The notes beneath the pieces were generated by a model. It was not told the origin of the DNA. It ran no database searches and worked only from the letters and a program-made list of their open reading frames with translations. A stretch of 64,000 nt of DNA. It comes from Tubiluchus corallicola (lineage: Eukaryota; Animalia; Priapulida). The position numbers were made by a program, and so were the translations under genes. The DNA lies in assembly GCA_030141605.1 (NCBI GenBank), contig JAQGDQ010000894.1, positions 1-64,000 of the forward strand. Direction: 5' to 3'. How positions within the stretch are numbered: position 1 is the stretch's first letter; the number at the start of each line of letters is the position of its first letter. This document shows positions 63,030 to 64,000 of this stretch, one piece after another.

Positions 63030-63584
63030 TTAAGCTAGAGCTTGAACAATCCACGGATGTGACTTTAACCCTTCTCGAAATTCTTTTCTTGCTAAGCGTC
63101 CATCGTTGTCCAAATCTAGTTCTTCAATCAATTTGTCTACGCGCTTTTTTGAGGAGTTCTTGTTAAGTGGCGGATTTAATAAGTTACCAGTCATGGATGA
63201 AATGGCGTTGACCACAGCCAACATGTCAGCGTCCGAGATGTACTCATCATGATCTAAATCGTACAGATTGAATGCCATATCCAACTTCTCATCCAAAGTG
63301 CCTCTAGATGTCACTGAAATTGCGATAACAAATTCTTCTAACGAAATGGTTCCATTTTTGTTTAAATCAAACAGATCGAAGACGAGAGCCGCAAACTGCG
63401 AGGCGTCTCCGTGTGGATAATGTCGCTGATAGGTTCTCTGGAACTGCTCCTTTATCAAAGTACCACTCGGACAGTCTTTGAGAAAGTCCTTATACCACTG
63501 TTGCAGTTCCTTCTCGTCAAAATGAGTGCATTGCTGAAGTTCGGATATTTGAGCAGATGTTAGCTTTGCATTATTGTTGCCCAT
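63030..63584 (-). CDS. Neuronal calcium sensor (NCS-1/frequenin-like) EF-hand protein, divergent, single coding exon
   Basis: MG N-myristoylation start, WYKDFLKDCPSG inactive EF1, SVTSRGTLDEKL, and EF loops DLNKNGTISLEE, DLDHDEYISDAD, DLDNDGRLARKE, ending IVQAL. A splice acceptor tttttctacag lies 4 nt before the ATG. Confidence 0.92.
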   Translation of the reverse strand: MGNNNAKLTSAQISELQQCTHFDEKELQQWYKDFLKDCPSGTLIKEQFQRTYQRHYPHGDASQFAALVFDLFDLNKNGTISLEEFVIAISVTSRGTLDEKLDMAFNLYDLDHDEYISDADMLAVVNAISSMTGNLLNPPLNKNSSKKRVDKLIEELDLDNDGRLARKEFREGLKSHPWIVQALA

Positions 63585-64000
63585 TCTCCTGTAGAAAAAT
63601 TAACACAGCAAAAAGATTGCAGAATAAGTTCTTTGACGACTTCAGGAGCTGTGCGTCTGATGACAACTGACAAATCGTAGTTTTGGCTACTTGCTCAAAA
63701 CTAATGAAAACTCAAAATAGCAATCACAAATTTGCTAACTTCACAGCGGTGTTTCTAAGCGTCTATGAACTTCAAAATCAGGCAGTTTCAATTAAGCCTG
63801 ATACCTTATATTTGTTTGTATGGCCTGCCAAAGTACTTTATTAGAAGGCTTTCATGCTTGGAAACCTTTCAAAGAAAAACATCCGCGATTTTACAATGAA
63901 TTAGGTTAAAATATTTACAAGAAACGCCAAACACGAAGCAGTTACACATTATCAGCTGTAGGTTCCTATAAGTAACAAGATTATGATTAGTAAACATATT

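Overview
AT-rich animal (invertebrate-like) genomic DNA with spliceosomal GT-AG introns, so the ORF track only captures fragments. The window holds the last coding exon of syntaxin-16 (1199-1381, +). It then holds a tandem cluster of three paralogous + strand genes encoding secreted proteins made almost entirely of Tyr/Gly/Cys(/His/Trp)-rich EGF repeats on symmetric phase-1 exons: gene A ~9.9-25.5 kb (21 EGF, ~940 aa), gene B ~39.7-44.1 kb (7 EGF, 366 aa) and gene C 48.2-58.7 kb (9 EGF, 488 aa), with Gly/Tyr/Arg/Ser-rich tails on B and C. A divergent neuronal calcium sensor (NCS-1/frequenin-like) gene with an intronless CDS lies at 63030-63584 (-). The rest is densely filled with non-autonomous DNA transposons (hAT-, piggyBac-, Kolobok- and pogo-like termini), foldbacks, retroposon ends, minisatellites and microsatellites. 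The main candidate for an undescribed system is the EGF-repeat cluster, whose architecture resembles invertebrate adhesive or extracorporeal matrix proteins such as mussel foot protein-2. That function is an inference. All exon models were read by eye from splice signals and reading frame.
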